IMG/VR virus record: IMGVR_UViG_3300045988_079978 | Source: a virus | Reading direction: 5' to 3' (one strand) | Length of the DNA: 60,599 nucleotides | Shown: positions 34,974 through 44,898 of the stretch, piece after piece | Position numbering within the stretch: the first letter of the stretch is position 1 | Layout of the letters: each line of letters begins with the position of its first letter | Translations under genes and position numbers: made by a program | Notes under the pieces: model-generated | The model's input: only the letters and a program-made list of their open reading frames with translations | Told to the model about the DNA's origin: nothing | Database searches by the model: none

Positions 34974-36539
34974 CTACGCAAATCTTAATTTTTCTGCAAT
35001 CGCTTCAATCACATTTACAGTGACTCCATTTCCGGCTTGCTTGTATAACTGGCTATCCGAATTTACGAACTGTGCTTTTTCAAAATAATCGTCCGTCCAA
35101 CCTTGTAGCCGAAAGCATTCTTTTGGTGTTAGTCTTCGAATCGCTATGTAGCACTGATATTTTTCATACCAGACAGCATATACAGTCAATTCTTCGGATA
35201 CCTGTACAAAAATTCCTTGATTGCAACTGGTATCAAGCGTATTCGCAAGGTCATGTCCTACTCTTCCTCTTCTGGTTTTGCTCCCCGGAACAGATAAATT
35301 TACGTTATCTACACCTACTCTGCACTCTGAATAACCCTGTTTTGTTGCTTCGGCTACCTTAACTGCAAGTTGGTTATCTTTTTGCACTGTTGATAATGTG
35401 TTCACTACTCCATCATCTCTGACTTCACTTTCAAGGAATTCATGTCTGGAGATTTTGATGTTTCCAGTTTCATAATCTTTGCAGATTTCTTTTCCGTAAT
35501 CACTACGAACATTCCGTAGCACTCCGAGCGGATCTATTCCTACTCCATGTCTATCCTGTCCAGTAAGTGTAAACATCGGCTCACCATCTTCTTTGAATCT
35601 CCGTCCATTCTGTCTTTTTTCTGCTCGATCAGGCGTAAGGATCGGAATTGCAATGCCGCTATTTTCATGGATGTTTGAGCATCCTTTATAGTATCTTGCG
35701 AGAATCGTTCTGCTCACATCCGTTGTCACTGGCTTTCCCTGATACGCTAAATCTATAAAGCACGGTAATGCTACATGATGTCCTCTTCCGCCTCCCTGTG
35801 CCGTATCCAGCGTTTCTGTAATGCCGTTCTGGTCAAATACCTGTGTGTTTCTTCTATATCCATCTTTATGGTCAATTATTTGAACACGATTTTCTCCGTC
35901 TGCTCTTTCGACAGGAAATACTTTTGCTGTACTTCTCCCTCTAAGATGTCCGATAATGAAACACCTTTCTCTGTTTTGTGGCACTCCGAAATCTTTGGAG
36001 TTGAGCACCTGCCATTCTGCATCATACCCCCCCTGTTCCATTTCAATGAGCAATCTGGCGAAATCCCATCCTCCATTAACACTAAGCAAATTCTTAACGT
36101 TCTCAATGAAAAGGTAAGTGGGTTTATCTTCTTCTTTGAGCTGTCCGATAAGGTACATAACTCTGAAAAACAAGCTCGAACGGTTTCCTTGAAATCCAAG
36201 TTGCTTTCCTGCGACTGAGATGTCTTGGCATGGGAATCCGAAACACCAACAGTCTGCTTTTGGAATATCATCGGCACACACTCTTCTAACGTCATTTGCG
36301 TACCATTCTCCATTTCTGTATTCATCGTTTAAAATCTCCTTCTGTCTTTTCTTCTGTGGTAATTCATCCAGCCTCTTTCTTTGTTCGTCCGTCAGAAGAT
36401 GCATGGAAATATAACTCGCTGTAGCAAATTTATCAAATTCGCAAAAACCAACGCATTCATGTCCGGCAAGTTCCATTCCTCTTCGGAAACCACCTATTCC
36501 GGCGAACCAGTCTATAAATTTCACTCTCACATCCCCCAA
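34974..36539 (-). CDS. DNA (cytosine-5) methyltransferase with a long target-recognition region
   Basis: Motif I FAGIGGF, IV GFPCQDIS, VI ENVKNL, VIII QNRERCF, X GNGVTV. About 270 aa separate motifs VIII and IX/X. Confidence 0.9.
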   Translation of the reverse strand: MGDVRVKFIDWFAGIGGFRRGMELAGHECVGFCEFDKFATASYISMHLLTDEQRKRLDELPQKKRQKEILNDEYRNGEWYANDVRRVCADDIPKADCWCFGFPCQDISVAGKQLGFQGNRSSLFFRVMYLIGQLKEEDKPTYLFIENVKNLLSVNGGWDFARLLIEMEQGGYDAEWQVLNSKDFGVPQNRERCFIIGHLRGRSTAKVFPVERADGENRVQIIDHKDGYRRNTQVFDQNGITETLDTAQGGGRGHHVALPCFIDLAYQGKPVTTDVSRTILARYYKGCSNIHENSGIAIPILTPDRAEKRQNGRRFKEDGEPMFTLTGQDRHGVGIDPLGVLRNVRSDYGKEICKDYETGNIKISRHEFLESEVRDDGVVNTLSTVQKDNQLAVKVAEATKQGYSECRVGVDNVNLSVPGSKTRRGRVGHDLANTLDTSCNQGIFVQVSEELTVYAVWYEKYQCYIAIRRLTPKECFRLQGWTDDYFEKAQFVNSDSQLYKQAGNGVTVNVIEAIAEKLRFA

Positions 36540-36877
36540 TCCTGTCTCGTACTGTCATTTCCAGCTACTCCATTCCTCTTAGCCGTAGTTCTTCCGTTAA
36601 TCCCGTACATTTCATACAATCCTTTCGTAGCACGTATGCCGTTCCAGTGCATAGAATCTATTGGTTCATGGTAGAGTTTTATAAAATCATCCACGCTATA
36701 ATGCATTTTAGGATTTCGCTCTGTATAATCTCTTGCCCGGTCTTCACTGCCATATCCGCATTTCGGTGCAAGTTTTATGAATTCTTCTTTTTTCATTCTT
36801 CTCGAAAGGAGCCGATATATCTTTGCCCGGCCGGAGCTCCGTACTCCTTTCTGTAAATTACATATTGTTTCTAACAA
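36527..36877 (-). CDS. Hypothetical protein; the start is uncertain and may be MKKEEFIK at 36796
   Basis: ORF only. Confidence 0.35.
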   Translation of the reverse strand: MLETICNLQKGVRSSGRAKIYRLLSRRMKKEEFIKLAPKCGYGSEDRARDYTERNPKMHYSVDDFIKLYHEPIDSMHWNGIRATKGLYEMYGINGRTTAKRNGVAGNDSTRQDWGM

Positions 36878-37265
36878 TTACGTCTATATATCCAGTTTGC
36901 AGTTCATATGCCGGCATTACATCTTTTACCCATATAATCGCACCATTTGGATGTTCGTACTTCCATTCTTCTTCCGTCAGTTTCACATTTCTCAGTACCC
37001 ACGCATGAGGTCTTTTATACCTTTTCTTCAACTCTGAATAAGATATGTCAACACAGTGTTTTTCTCTTTCCTCAGACCAATCAGAACAGGATATTGGATA
37101 TGTAGAGTCTATAATACATGTGCCTTTTACAAGGTTTGTCCCACTTTCCAGTAAATAGATCGGCTGTCCTATTTTCTTGGTATTACTACCTCTTATTTCA
37201 ATAGTTTTCTTCCCACTAAGGATAAGATTTAACCATCTCTTTTTTACAATTAGTCCATCCATCAT
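36858..37265 (-). CDS. ASCH (PUA-like) domain protein
   Basis: The N-terminal pattern KKRWLNLILSGKKTIEIRG. Confidence 0.55.
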   Translation of the reverse strand: MMDGLIVKKRWLNLILSGKKTIEIRGSNTKKIGQPIYLLESGTNLVKGTCIIDSTYPISCSDWSEEREKHCVDISYSELKKRYKRPHAWVLRNVKLTEEEWKYEHPNGAIIWVKDVMPAYELQTGYIDVIVRNNM

Positions 37266-37293
37266 TTCACCTCATTTGCTACTATATTCACGG

Positions 37294-37872
37294 TTACTCC
37301 TTTACTACGCATCTGCGCTCAGTTGTTACATAATATTTTCCATCGTGTTCAGAGCACCATTCTCTAAGAAGTTCTTCTTTTTGTTCATCCGTTGTTCTTT
37401 CACGTTCAATCTTTAATGGTTTTTCATACTTCACGATATGTGTTTTTTCTTCTACTACCAACAGATACCATATAAATTCCATCTCAATCGGCTTTTTCTC
37501 ACGGTCTTTCTTCCACTGTTTGAGGATTTCAATGACTTCTTCTGCTTTATCTCTTCGGAAGTTTTGACACGGCATTTTCCCTTTTGCTTTACTAATAGGA
37601 CATCCATCAAAGCATTCGTTTCCACAACAAATTTCACCTAAAACCTTAATTGCTTCTTCCGCACTCATTTCTTCTACTGGTTCAAGCATTTCATTTGCGA
37701 AACTATATGGTGTTTCAAGTACTTTATAATATCCACCATTATTAACTCTTGCGATTGTAAATTCCATTCCTTTAAATCTATTCATTTCAGAAGTGAATGG
37801 AACACCGCCATAATACTCCTCGCATTTCAAGTCACTTCTTACTTTTACCTTATCTCCAACCTTATATTTCAC
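37294..37872 (-). CDS. Hypothetical protein (192 aa)
   Basis: ORF only. Confidence 0.45.
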   Translation of the reverse strand: MKYKVGDKVKVRSDLKCEEYYGGVPFTSEMNRFKGMEFTIARVNNGGYYKVLETPYSFANEMLEPVEEMSAEEAIKVLGEICCGNECFDGCPISKAKGKMPCQNFRRDKAEEVIEILKQWKKDREKKPIEMEFIWYLLVVEEKTHIVKYEKPLKIERERTTDEQKEELLREWCSEHDGKYYVTTERRCVVKE

Positions 37873-38041
37873 TTTCTATTCCTCCTAAGTCGAAACTTTC
37901 GTTTCTTCTTTTCTCGTTTCTCTTTCTGCTTTTTAGACCACTCTGCAAGATATTGTTCCTGTTCCTGATCCTCCTGTTCCTGTCGTGTCACTTCATTACC
38001 TCTTTCATTAATTTTTCTATATAAATCCACGCTGGTCACTT

Positions 38042-38611
38042 TTAATGTTCAAAAATCGAAGAGGAAAAGATACAAACCGGGCGCACCCCGCAACTGTTGC
38101 TGCAGCTAAGGCTGCAGATGCTACCGGACGGAGGAACAGCCAGAACATATGTGTCATCATCATTACAAGCCGTGCTGTCTGGTGTAAGTGTCCACCACCA
38201 TTTCCCCGTATTCGGCAGGAGCTTTCTATACTTCCGGTATTCATCCACGGAAATAAGTGAAACATAATCTCTGCAAGTTCCATATTCCGTCTGACCATCT
38301 AACGAAAGTAAATTGCGTTCAAACTCGACCAGTGAATCTGTCCCTAATTCGCTTTCAATCTTTTTGCGGAGATCAGTGTTTAACTCATTTCTCAAATCAC
38401 TGCTTTTCCAGTCGTTGCAATTATCATCAAACTCTCTGTCTCTTCCGTAAAAATCTTCCGAAATTGCAAAATATCCTTTTTCAAGTTTGTCCAGCACCAA
38501 CCAGTTAATACCGGCAACTTCAATTGTCTTTCCGATTTCCGGCTTCTGTTCTTCTTTCTCGATAGCTGCTACGAATTTCTTTGCTAATTCCAATACACTA
38601 CTTTTACTCAT
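38042..38611 (-). CDS. DUF6273-like protein (189 aa)
   Basis: Motifs INWLVLDK...LISVDEYRKY...WWWTLTPDS...GVRPVCIF. RBS AGGAG lies before ATG 38611. Confidence 0.45.
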   Translation of the reverse strand: MSKSSVLELAKKFVAAIEKEEQKPEIGKTIEVAGINWLVLDKLEKGYFAISEDFYGRDREFDDNCNDWKSSDLRNELNTDLRKKIESELGTDSLVEFERNLLSLDGQTEYGTCRDYVSLISVDEYRKYRKLLPNTGKWWWTLTPDSTACNDDDTYVLAVPPSGSICSLSCSNSCGVRPVCIFSSSIFEH

Positions 38612-38789
38612 TTTTACTTTTCTCCTGTTTCTTTCTCCAATATTCATACGGATCCGCATAATGTGGTTTCCGTTTAAAATCCTCAATAGCCTGTTCCGAC
38701 GGCTTGTCTTTTTCCAGAGTCGCATAATGGCTCTCGAGCATATTGTCAATTTCATCCGGTGCACGCCGTAATTCAGATCTTCTTTTCAT
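38604..38789 (-). CDS. Hypothetical protein (61 aa)
   Basis: ORF only. Confidence 0.35.
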   Translation of the reverse strand: MKRRSELRRAPDEIDNMLESHYATLEKDKPSEQAIEDFKRKPHYADPYEYWRKKQEKSKNE

Positions 38790-39018
38790 TCTTCTTGTTC
38801 TCCATCATGATTCTGTCAATTTCTTCACCGGCAGCAAAAACTATCCGCTTTGCGAATTCAGTTTTGCCAGATTTTTCAAATATCTGTTGCAACTTTTCCA
38901 ATAATACATCCGCTTCTTTATCAGTACCGGTGCATTCACGATATATTCTAATCAGCTTCCAACATTCAGCTATCGGATAATAGATCTTTTTCAATTCTTC
39001 ATCTGTCATGTTGCCCAC
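38773..39018 (-). CDS. Hypothetical protein (81 aa)
   Basis: ORF only. Confidence 0.4.
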   Translation of the reverse strand: MGNMTDEELKKIYYPIAECWKLIRIYRECTGTDKEADVLLEKLQQIFEKSGKTEFAKRIVFAAGEEIDRIMMENKKNEKKI

Positions 39019-39020
39019 CT

Positions 39021-41045
39021 CTACATATCGAATGGAATTTCCATCTGATCAATAGACTTGAATCCATCATTCTGTTTGTTCCAACTGTAGATTTTGTTCT
39101 CAGTAAAACTGTTTTTTAATCGCTTACTTTCCTTTTCGTAGTACAATGGGATAAAGTAGTCTTGCAGTCCACCGTCACGGTCCTTTGCTATTTCAATCAC
39201 GTTGTCAGCACTATATAACGGATCATCATCTTTCCATCCGAACATCTGCTTTGTAAGTCGGACAAAATCGTTATTCACACGATGGATAATAAAAGCATTG
39301 TCCACTGCATTCCCGATATCTGCTGTTCCCGATATATCATCCAGTCTTAGGAATCCCATTGCCTTTCTCGGATGCGCTACGAATATGATGTGTATGTCAT
39401 ATTCCTGAGCCATCTCATGCAAGGACCACGTAAATGCCGTCTGAGCTTCAAATTTGTTCTCTGAAAGGCTTCTAATATCGAAAGCCATTAAATTATCAAG
39501 TATCAGTAAATTTGGCTTATCTGCTTCGATTTTCCGCTCCAACTGTTCTTTCACAGCCAAGAAGTTATTCCCATACTTATTGTTGTACAATGTAAAATTT
39601 TTGGCTAACCATTCGGCAATCTTCTCTTGGTTCTCTTCAGCCACATTGTAGTAACCCTCAAACTGTGTTGGCTCTGCATAAGCTTTTCCTGCTGCCTGCA
39701 AATCCATCCATCGCATGAAGTTCTGTGGCGATAACTCTCCGGAGTAAACCGTTACTTTGCTCTCAGATTCAACGCAATCCAGGCAGATTTCCGAAATTAT
39801 GCTCGATTTTCCAGAAGCTCTTAAGCCAGACAGAACAGATGTATATCCTGTTTTCAGTCCTCTCATTCTCTGATCAATATCCCTAATTCCAGTTTTTACG
39901 AATCTCTCCGGTGGTCGTGGCATATTCAGAATGTCTTTCGCTGTCAGAAATACCGGTTCGCCCTCTTTTTCTTGTATTGGCTTATATTCTGGTTTCTTCT
40001 TCGGCTTAGCGTAAATCCTATCGCTGTATTCCTGTTGCTTCTTTTCGTAAGCGTCCGGCTCATACTTAAGTCTTACATCTCTCCAAGTCTTATCGGCGCA
40101 TGAATTGTGAAAACAATGAAATCCAATAGCTCCACTCGTTGTCCGAAATATACATGCATCCTTTCCTTTATGGTTGCTATCAAACGGGCATTCATCCAAT
40201 ATATATTTAACTCCACCAGAATAAGATGATTTCCGATATCTCAATCCATGTTTATCTAACCATTCATCCAAGTCAAAATGTGTCGGCTGATAACTGTTAT
40301 ACCTCTGTGGTTTTTCTTCTTTTGGCAACATTCCGGCCAGCTTTTCTATGTACTGAATGTCATTTATTCTCACTTCATCTGGTGCACTGATTATCCGGCT
40401 CATTCGGTGTGGACGTTCTTTGGTGTCAGATCCTTTCTGTGCTTGCGTCCCGTAGAGCTTGCACACTCTTGCTGGATTAAAATTTTTCAAGTCAATTTGT
40501 ACATCATCTGTCGAAAAGAACATGTCCAATACTTTTAAGCAGTTATCAATCAACTTTACGTTCTCTTCCGAATTTTTAATTTTTACTCGATATAGCAAGT
40601 GAACGCCATTTCCGCTGAACCCACATATCGGATCATAGAATCCAAGGTTTTTCATAAATGCATATACCTTATTTCCAATAACTTTAGCTTTTTCGACCTG
40701 ATCATCACTGGAAGATACCGCCGTAGTCCGGTGCGGATCCACATCAATGAATATCCATTCATACCCCAGGACATCCTTATCACTGGTTGTAGCCAATCCT
40801 TTCGACATAAATCTGTTCCGTTGGCTTCTGGAATAGCATTCATCATTCAAATAATTCAGTGTGATGTAAATATTGCAGTTGGCATACTCTCGGATATCTC
40901 TGTTCAATGCTGCCATCAGATCGTCTGCAGATTTGAAATATCCGCTATACACGGCTTTAGAATTATATATAACCCGCACTTCGAACAAATGGCCGTCCGG
41001 CTTTAATAGCGATAATGTCTTTCTGATCTCGTTTTCATTAATCAT
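39021..41045 (-). CDS. Bifunctional primase-polymerase / DnaB-like helicase
   Basis: N-terminal prim-pol-like region. Zn motif CPFDSNHKGKDACIF...FHCFHNSC. Walker A GLRASGKSS and Walker B LLILDNL. Confidence 0.75.
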   Translation of the reverse strand: MINENEIRKTLSLLKPDGHLFEVRVIYNSKAVYSGYFKSADDLMAALNRDIREYANCNIYITLNYLNDECYSRSQRNRFMSKGLATTSDKDVLGYEWIFIDVDPHRTTAVSSSDDQVEKAKVIGNKVYAFMKNLGFYDPICGFSGNGVHLLYRVKIKNSEENVKLIDNCLKVLDMFFSTDDVQIDLKNFNPARVCKLYGTQAQKGSDTKERPHRMSRIISAPDEVRINDIQYIEKLAGMLPKEEKPQRYNSYQPTHFDLDEWLDKHGLRYRKSSYSGGVKYILDECPFDSNHKGKDACIFRTTSGAIGFHCFHNSCADKTWRDVRLKYEPDAYEKKQQEYSDRIYAKPKKKPEYKPIQEKEGEPVFLTAKDILNMPRPPERFVKTGIRDIDQRMRGLKTGYTSVLSGLRASGKSSIISEICLDCVESESKVTVYSGELSPQNFMRWMDLQAAGKAYAEPTQFEGYYNVAEENQEKIAEWLAKNFTLYNNKYGNNFLAVKEQLERKIEADKPNLLILDNLMAFDIRSLSENKFEAQTAFTWSLHEMAQEYDIHIIFVAHPRKAMGFLRLDDISGTADIGNAVDNAFIIHRVNNDFVRLTKQMFGWKDDDPLYSADNVIEIAKDRDGGLQDYFIPLYYEKESKRLKNSFTENKIYSWNKQNDGFKSIDQMEIPFDM

Positions 41046-41813
41046 TTACTGCCACCCGTCTCCTTCCAGCGTTTTTGTCTCATGTGGTCCGTCACTCTTC
41101 ACATCGTCGTAATTTCCATCCAATACCTTTGGAAAATTATTCGGCAGCACAAACCAATCAAAAGTAACGACCCACGCTCGTCTACTATTCGATTTTCCCT
41201 GCAGAAAACTGCTGTCTTTAATTTTCTCTATTGCTTTTAAGACATCCTCTATGCCATATTCCTTGATTCTTGCCACTAATCGTTGATACCGTTGAGATGT
41301 GTTGCTTACTTTAGACACTGCTTTTATGCCGTATTCTTCCAATGCGTTCCATGCATCTAAGCATCGTCTGACATCTGTCTGACAATTAGATTCTTTAGAA
41401 TCTAATATATTATCTGTATTTATATATGTGTTTATATCTGGTATAGGTTCGCCGTTAGCGTCTTTTCCATTTGCCGTTTTTGTCAAATGGAAATTTCCTT
41501 TTTGTAAAATCGAATAAGCCAAATCCGTCAGTGCATACCACTTGGTTCTATCGTACTGAGACTTGTTATAATTGCCGACCACAATCAATCCCTGTTCTTC
41601 CATTTTCTCCAAAGTGTATCTGACTTTTCTTTCAGTCATATACGGGAACAATACCGAAAAGGTTTTCACGCTGTTGTATGTCCAGTATCTTCCGTCAAAG
41701 AAATTTTCATCATTCGCTTCATTTTTCTTAATCCAAAAATAAAGATGATTAAGTAAAATTGCACATTCGATGCCATATTCTGCTGCTATATCTATATCAA
41801 AAGAATGTTCCAT
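41046..41813 (-). CDS. Replication initiator / replisome organizer (N-terminal winged HTH)
   Basis: The pattern AILLNHLYFWIKKNE...WTYNSVKTFSVLFPYMTERKVRYTLEKMEEQGLI. It lies upstream of the primase-helicase and contains an internal repeat at 41436-41492. Confidence 0.55.
   Translation of the reverse strand: MEHSFDIDIAAEYGIECAILLNHLYFWIKKNEANDENFFDGRYWTYNSVKTFSVLFPYMTERKVRYTLEKMEEQGLIVVGNYNKSQYDRTKWYALTDLAYSILQKGNFHLTKTANGKDANGEPIPDINTYINTDNILDSKESNCQTDVRRCLDAWNALEEYGIKAVSKVSNTSQRYQRLVARIKEYGIEDVLKAIEKIKDSSFLQGKSNSRRAWVVTFDWFVLPNNFPKVLDGNYDDVKSDGPHETKTLEGDGWQ
41436..41492. repeat. Second copy of the two-block repeat seen at 24123-24157
   Basis: ATCTGGTATAGGTT at 41436-49 and TTTTGTCAAATGGAA at 41477-92. 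It also contains the inverted repeat CCATTTG...CAAATGG. Confidence 0.6.
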
Positions 41814-42458
41814 CTACCTAACCTCCTGTTGAAGCAGTTCAATAACTTTCGTTCCCTGTTCAGAGTTACTGCAAAAAATGAACTCAACTCCATATTTCTT
41901 CTGCATAGTCTTGCAAGCTTTCATGAGCGTTTCGCCCCTGGTTGCTGCCGGATACCTTTGTGTGCGTCTGTATATTGGTTTTCCGCTCTTGTAATGACCA
42001 ATCACATCACTTGTACGCTTCATCACAAAAAGTCTCGGATTTTTCCATTTATGAAGCTCATTCAGTGTTCGGATTGTCGGATTATATATATCTTTTGTTC
42101 CTTTAATCAATCCACCGGCATTCTGTACCAACACATACAACTTAATGCTGTTATTCTGAGCCAATATGCATTCATCGCGGAACCTTGCGTGTTGCTTTCC
42201 ACAAATATCACCGACAAGTTCCTGAATGTCTTTCTTAGTGTCAACAGTCGCATTGTATGTTCCAAGAAAATCCATCTTCTTTACTGGAATTCCACGTTCA
42301 TTCTTTCGGTTGATTACATCCATAACTCGTTCATTCGCAATTATGTAATCCCCACAAGGGAGTGGCATGGTTAATACTTCTATTCCCTGATCCTTCCAGT
42401 AATTTTCCTTAGCGGTATGCTTGCCTTTCTGCTGTCCCTTATCACTAATTAGTATCAT
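41814..42458 (-). CDS. ERCC4-type nuclease-like protein
   Basis: GDYII...TVDTKKDIQELVGDI resembles the GDY...ERK..DL motif. Confidence 0.45.
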   Translation of the reverse strand: MILISDKGQQKGKHTAKENYWKDQGIEVLTMPLPCGDYIIANERVMDVINRKNERGIPVKKMDFLGTYNATVDTKKDIQELVGDICGKQHARFRDECILAQNNSIKLYVLVQNAGGLIKGTKDIYNPTIRTLNELHKWKNPRLFVMKRTSDVIGHYKSGKPIYRRTQRYPAATRGETLMKACKTMQKKYGVEFIFCSNSEQGTKVIELLQQEVR

Positions 42459-42834
42459 TGGCTATCTCACCCCTCCTGTTATAATGGCGTTCGCTAAGTA
42501 CATACTGTTCAGCTCTTTCCTGTTGCTCCAATAGGCTTTTAAGCCTGTCAATGAACTGCTTATTCTGCCTGTCCGCACAGAATTTAGCTACTTTTTCGAC
42601 AAATTCAACTCTATCTTTCATCGCTCGCCTGTCATTTCTCTGTTTGTGTATCTGTGTGGCCAACTTGCATCGTTCATCATAGTCATGAGCAAATTCAATA
42701 TCATGCAGATAATCCTGATTCATTTTGTCATACTTATATACCTGCGTTACGCAATCTTTATACTCTTTATCGCAGTATTTTAAGAACTCAAGAAATTCTT
42801 GTATGATTTCAGACGGCTTCTTTTCTTTCTGCAC
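42445..42834 (-). CDS. Hypothetical protein (129 aa)
   Basis: ORF only. Confidence 0.4.
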   Translation of the reverse strand: MQKEKKPSEIIQEFLEFLKYCDKEYKDCVTQVYKYDKMNQDYLHDIEFAHDYDERCKLATQIHKQRNDRRAMKDRVEFVEKVAKFCADRQNKQFIDRLKSLLEQQERAEQYVLSERHYNRRGEIANDTN

Positions 42835-43192
42835 TTTGCTTCGCCTCCTTTCTTTTTAGATATCGTTGGCGATCATATTCTCTTCGCTTTTCTTTTAAAA
42901 TCCGCAATTTTTCATTGCGTTTGCTTTTCTTCGCATCAAGAATCTTTTCCCTATTTCTTGCATAATATTTCCTACACATTTCTGCATTCTTTCCGGATTC
43001 AATTCTTTTCTTTGCTCTTCGTTTATCACGTTCTTTACCTTTTTCGGATTTGTTATATCGCTCTTGCGCCGCTTTCCCAGCTTCTGAATGTATATATGCG
43101 TACTGTGATGGGTTTGCACAATCCCATCGGCAATCCACATACGGGCAATTAAAACAATCTGGATAGCAACACTTCTTCGGTTTCGTTTTCAA
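42809..43192 (-). CDS. Basic protein with an N-terminal Cys cluster (127 aa)
   Basis: CCYPDCFNCPYVDCRWDC followed by a K/R-rich region. Confidence 0.4.
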   Translation of the reverse strand: MKTKPKKCCYPDCFNCPYVDCRWDCANPSQYAYIHSEAGKAAQERYNKSEKGKERDKRRAKKRIESGKNAEMCRKYYARNREKILDAKKSKRNEKLRILKEKRREYDRQRYLKRKEAKQSAERKEAV

Positions 43193-43205
43193 TCACATTC
43201 ACCTC

Positions 43206-43628
43206 TTAAGAAAATGGCATCTCCTCGTCAATGCCATCCGGGATATTCATGAATCCATCGCTGTCTGTTGCTGGGGTACTGTTATTCTGCTGATTCTGCT
43301 GGCTCGTTGCTTTGCTCTCAGCAAATTCCTGATCTTCTACCACAACGTCTGTCGTGTAAACTTTCTGACCGTCCTTATTGGTATAGCTTCCAGTCTGAAT
43401 ACGTCCGGTTACGATAACCTTAATTCCCTGACGGAAATACTTCTCAGCAAATTCCGCACTCTTTCCGAAAGCAACGCATCCGATAAAGTCTGCGTTCTGC
43501 TCGTTGTCTCTCTTGAATCGTCTGTCTACAGCCAGTGTGTATCTGGCAATCGTTGTAGATTTTTCTCCTTGTGAACTTTTGATTTCAGGATCTCTTGTCA
43601 AGCGTCCCATCAAAATTACTTTATTCAT
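43206..43628 (-). CDS. ssb: Single-stranded DNA-binding protein
   Basis: OB-fold N-terminus MNKVILMGRLTRDPE and acidic tail DGIDEEMPFS. Confidence 0.9.
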   Translation of the reverse strand: MNKVILMGRLTRDPEIKSSQGEKSTTIARYTLAVDRRFKRDNEQNADFIGCVAFGKSAEFAEKYFRQGIKVIVTGRIQTGSYTNKDGQKVYTTDVVVEDQEFAESKATSQQNQQNNSTPATDSDGFMNIPDGIDEEMPFS

Positions 43629-43631
43629 CCT

Positions 43632-43826
43632 TTATATCTCCTTATCCGGCAATCTCTTTGATTCAAATCGCCATTTTCTTGCATCGTCTCCGATTTTCTG
43701 CCACAGCCTTGCTTCTGCGAGCATTGGAGTATCTTCACATATTCCAAACTGGAATTTCTTAGCCTGTTTGTTGTAGATTCCATATTTTGCACCAGGTTTA
43801 CCATGCATCTTCTCAAATCTGTTCAT
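43632..43826 (-). CDS. Hypothetical protein (64 aa)
   Basis: ORF only. Confidence 0.4.
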   Translation of the reverse strand: MNRFEKMHGKPGAKYGIYNKQAKKFQFGICEDTPMLAEARLWQKIGDDARKWRFESKRLPDKEI

Positions 43827-43834
43827 TTATTCTC

Positions 43835-44569
43835 CTAAAACGGCATCAGCCGAAATTCTTTCTCAGTTCCTTTTTCTGCAACCCACACACCAACATCACA
43901 ATCAACTATCTCCTGTATTTCTTCCGTGAACCGCACTGGATTGCCATTGTAGGCACTTAAATGTATCAAGCCTATACTTCTTAGACTTACACTGTTAATC
44001 TTCTGTATAAGCCGTTTACACGTTTCAAGTTCCATGTGACCGGTTAATACATGGTTGTATTTAGGATCACTATCTTCAATTCTGATATAGTCCTCTGCAT
44101 AATTACATTCGATCAAGCCGTAGTTGATATGCATTTTTGAAAAATCATACGGGCAATACTCAGCATCTGTGATGAAGAGAATCCGTCCATCTGGTGTATC
44201 AATCAGCCATCCGTCACATTCTGTTTCACCATGTGGGACATGAAACGGGATTACCGAAAACACACCTATCTGCTGACGTTTCATCCTCTGTAAGCCTATG
44301 GTTTTCTCTCCCATTACCGCTTCAACATCTGTTTCGACTTCATCCGATGTGTACACCATGATTCCGTATTGCATATACTGTTTAATATATCCAGCGTGAT
44401 CGCCATGGATATGTGACAGTATGCAACCATTCACCATGGAAGTCCGATAATCAATAGCTTTCAGCATTTCTTTTGCCGGTACTCCGCATTCCAGGAGAAG
44501 AATATCTTCCCCTGAAATCAGAGCATAACCATTGCCAGAGCTTCCAGAACCAATCGTTTTAACTATCAT
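43835..44569 (-). CDS. Metallo-beta-lactamase-fold hydrolase
   Basis: Motif SHIHGDHAG (HxHxDH) and the N-terminal GSGSSGNGY. Confidence 0.75.
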   Translation of the reverse strand: MIVKTIGSGSSGNGYALISGEDILLLECGVPAKEMLKAIDYRTSMVNGCILSHIHGDHAGYIKQYMQYGIMVYTSDEVETDVEAVMGEKTIGLQRMKRQQIGVFSVIPFHVPHGETECDGWLIDTPDGRILFITDAEYCPYDFSKMHINYGLIECNYAEDYIRIEDSDPKYNHVLTGHMELETCKRLIQKINSVSLRSIGLIHLSAYNGNPVRFTEEIQEIVDCDVGVWVAEKGTEKEFRLMPF

Positions 44570-44894
44570 CTCTCGCAATCTCCACTTCATATCCAAGCTC
44601 TTTACAGATTTCAGAAACGGTCATTCTTCGTACTTCTTCACGTTTCCAAATACAGTTACGTTCATCTGAAAGCATGCTGCTAAATTTTCTTAATTCTGGA
44701 TTGAAAACTTTCATAATATCAAGGGAAGAATCATTCGGTCATGTCATATTACTTTTATGTGGATATCTTCCATCAAGCGTCATATAGCAGTTCATTCCAA
44801 TACCGCATAATTCTCCATCCCGATTGACAACCAAGTATTTTGTACCATTTCTTGTTTCAACAACCATTCCTGTTTTTAAATCTTTTAATTCCAT
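44559..44894 (-). pseudogene. Small gene interrupted by an in-frame TGA (44739-44741)
   Basis: The translation reads MELKDLKTGMVVETRNGTKYLVV...HKSNMT*PNDSSLDIMKVFNPE...IWKREEVRRMTV. Both halves are in the same frame. Confidence 0.5.
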
Positions 44895-44898
44895 ATCT

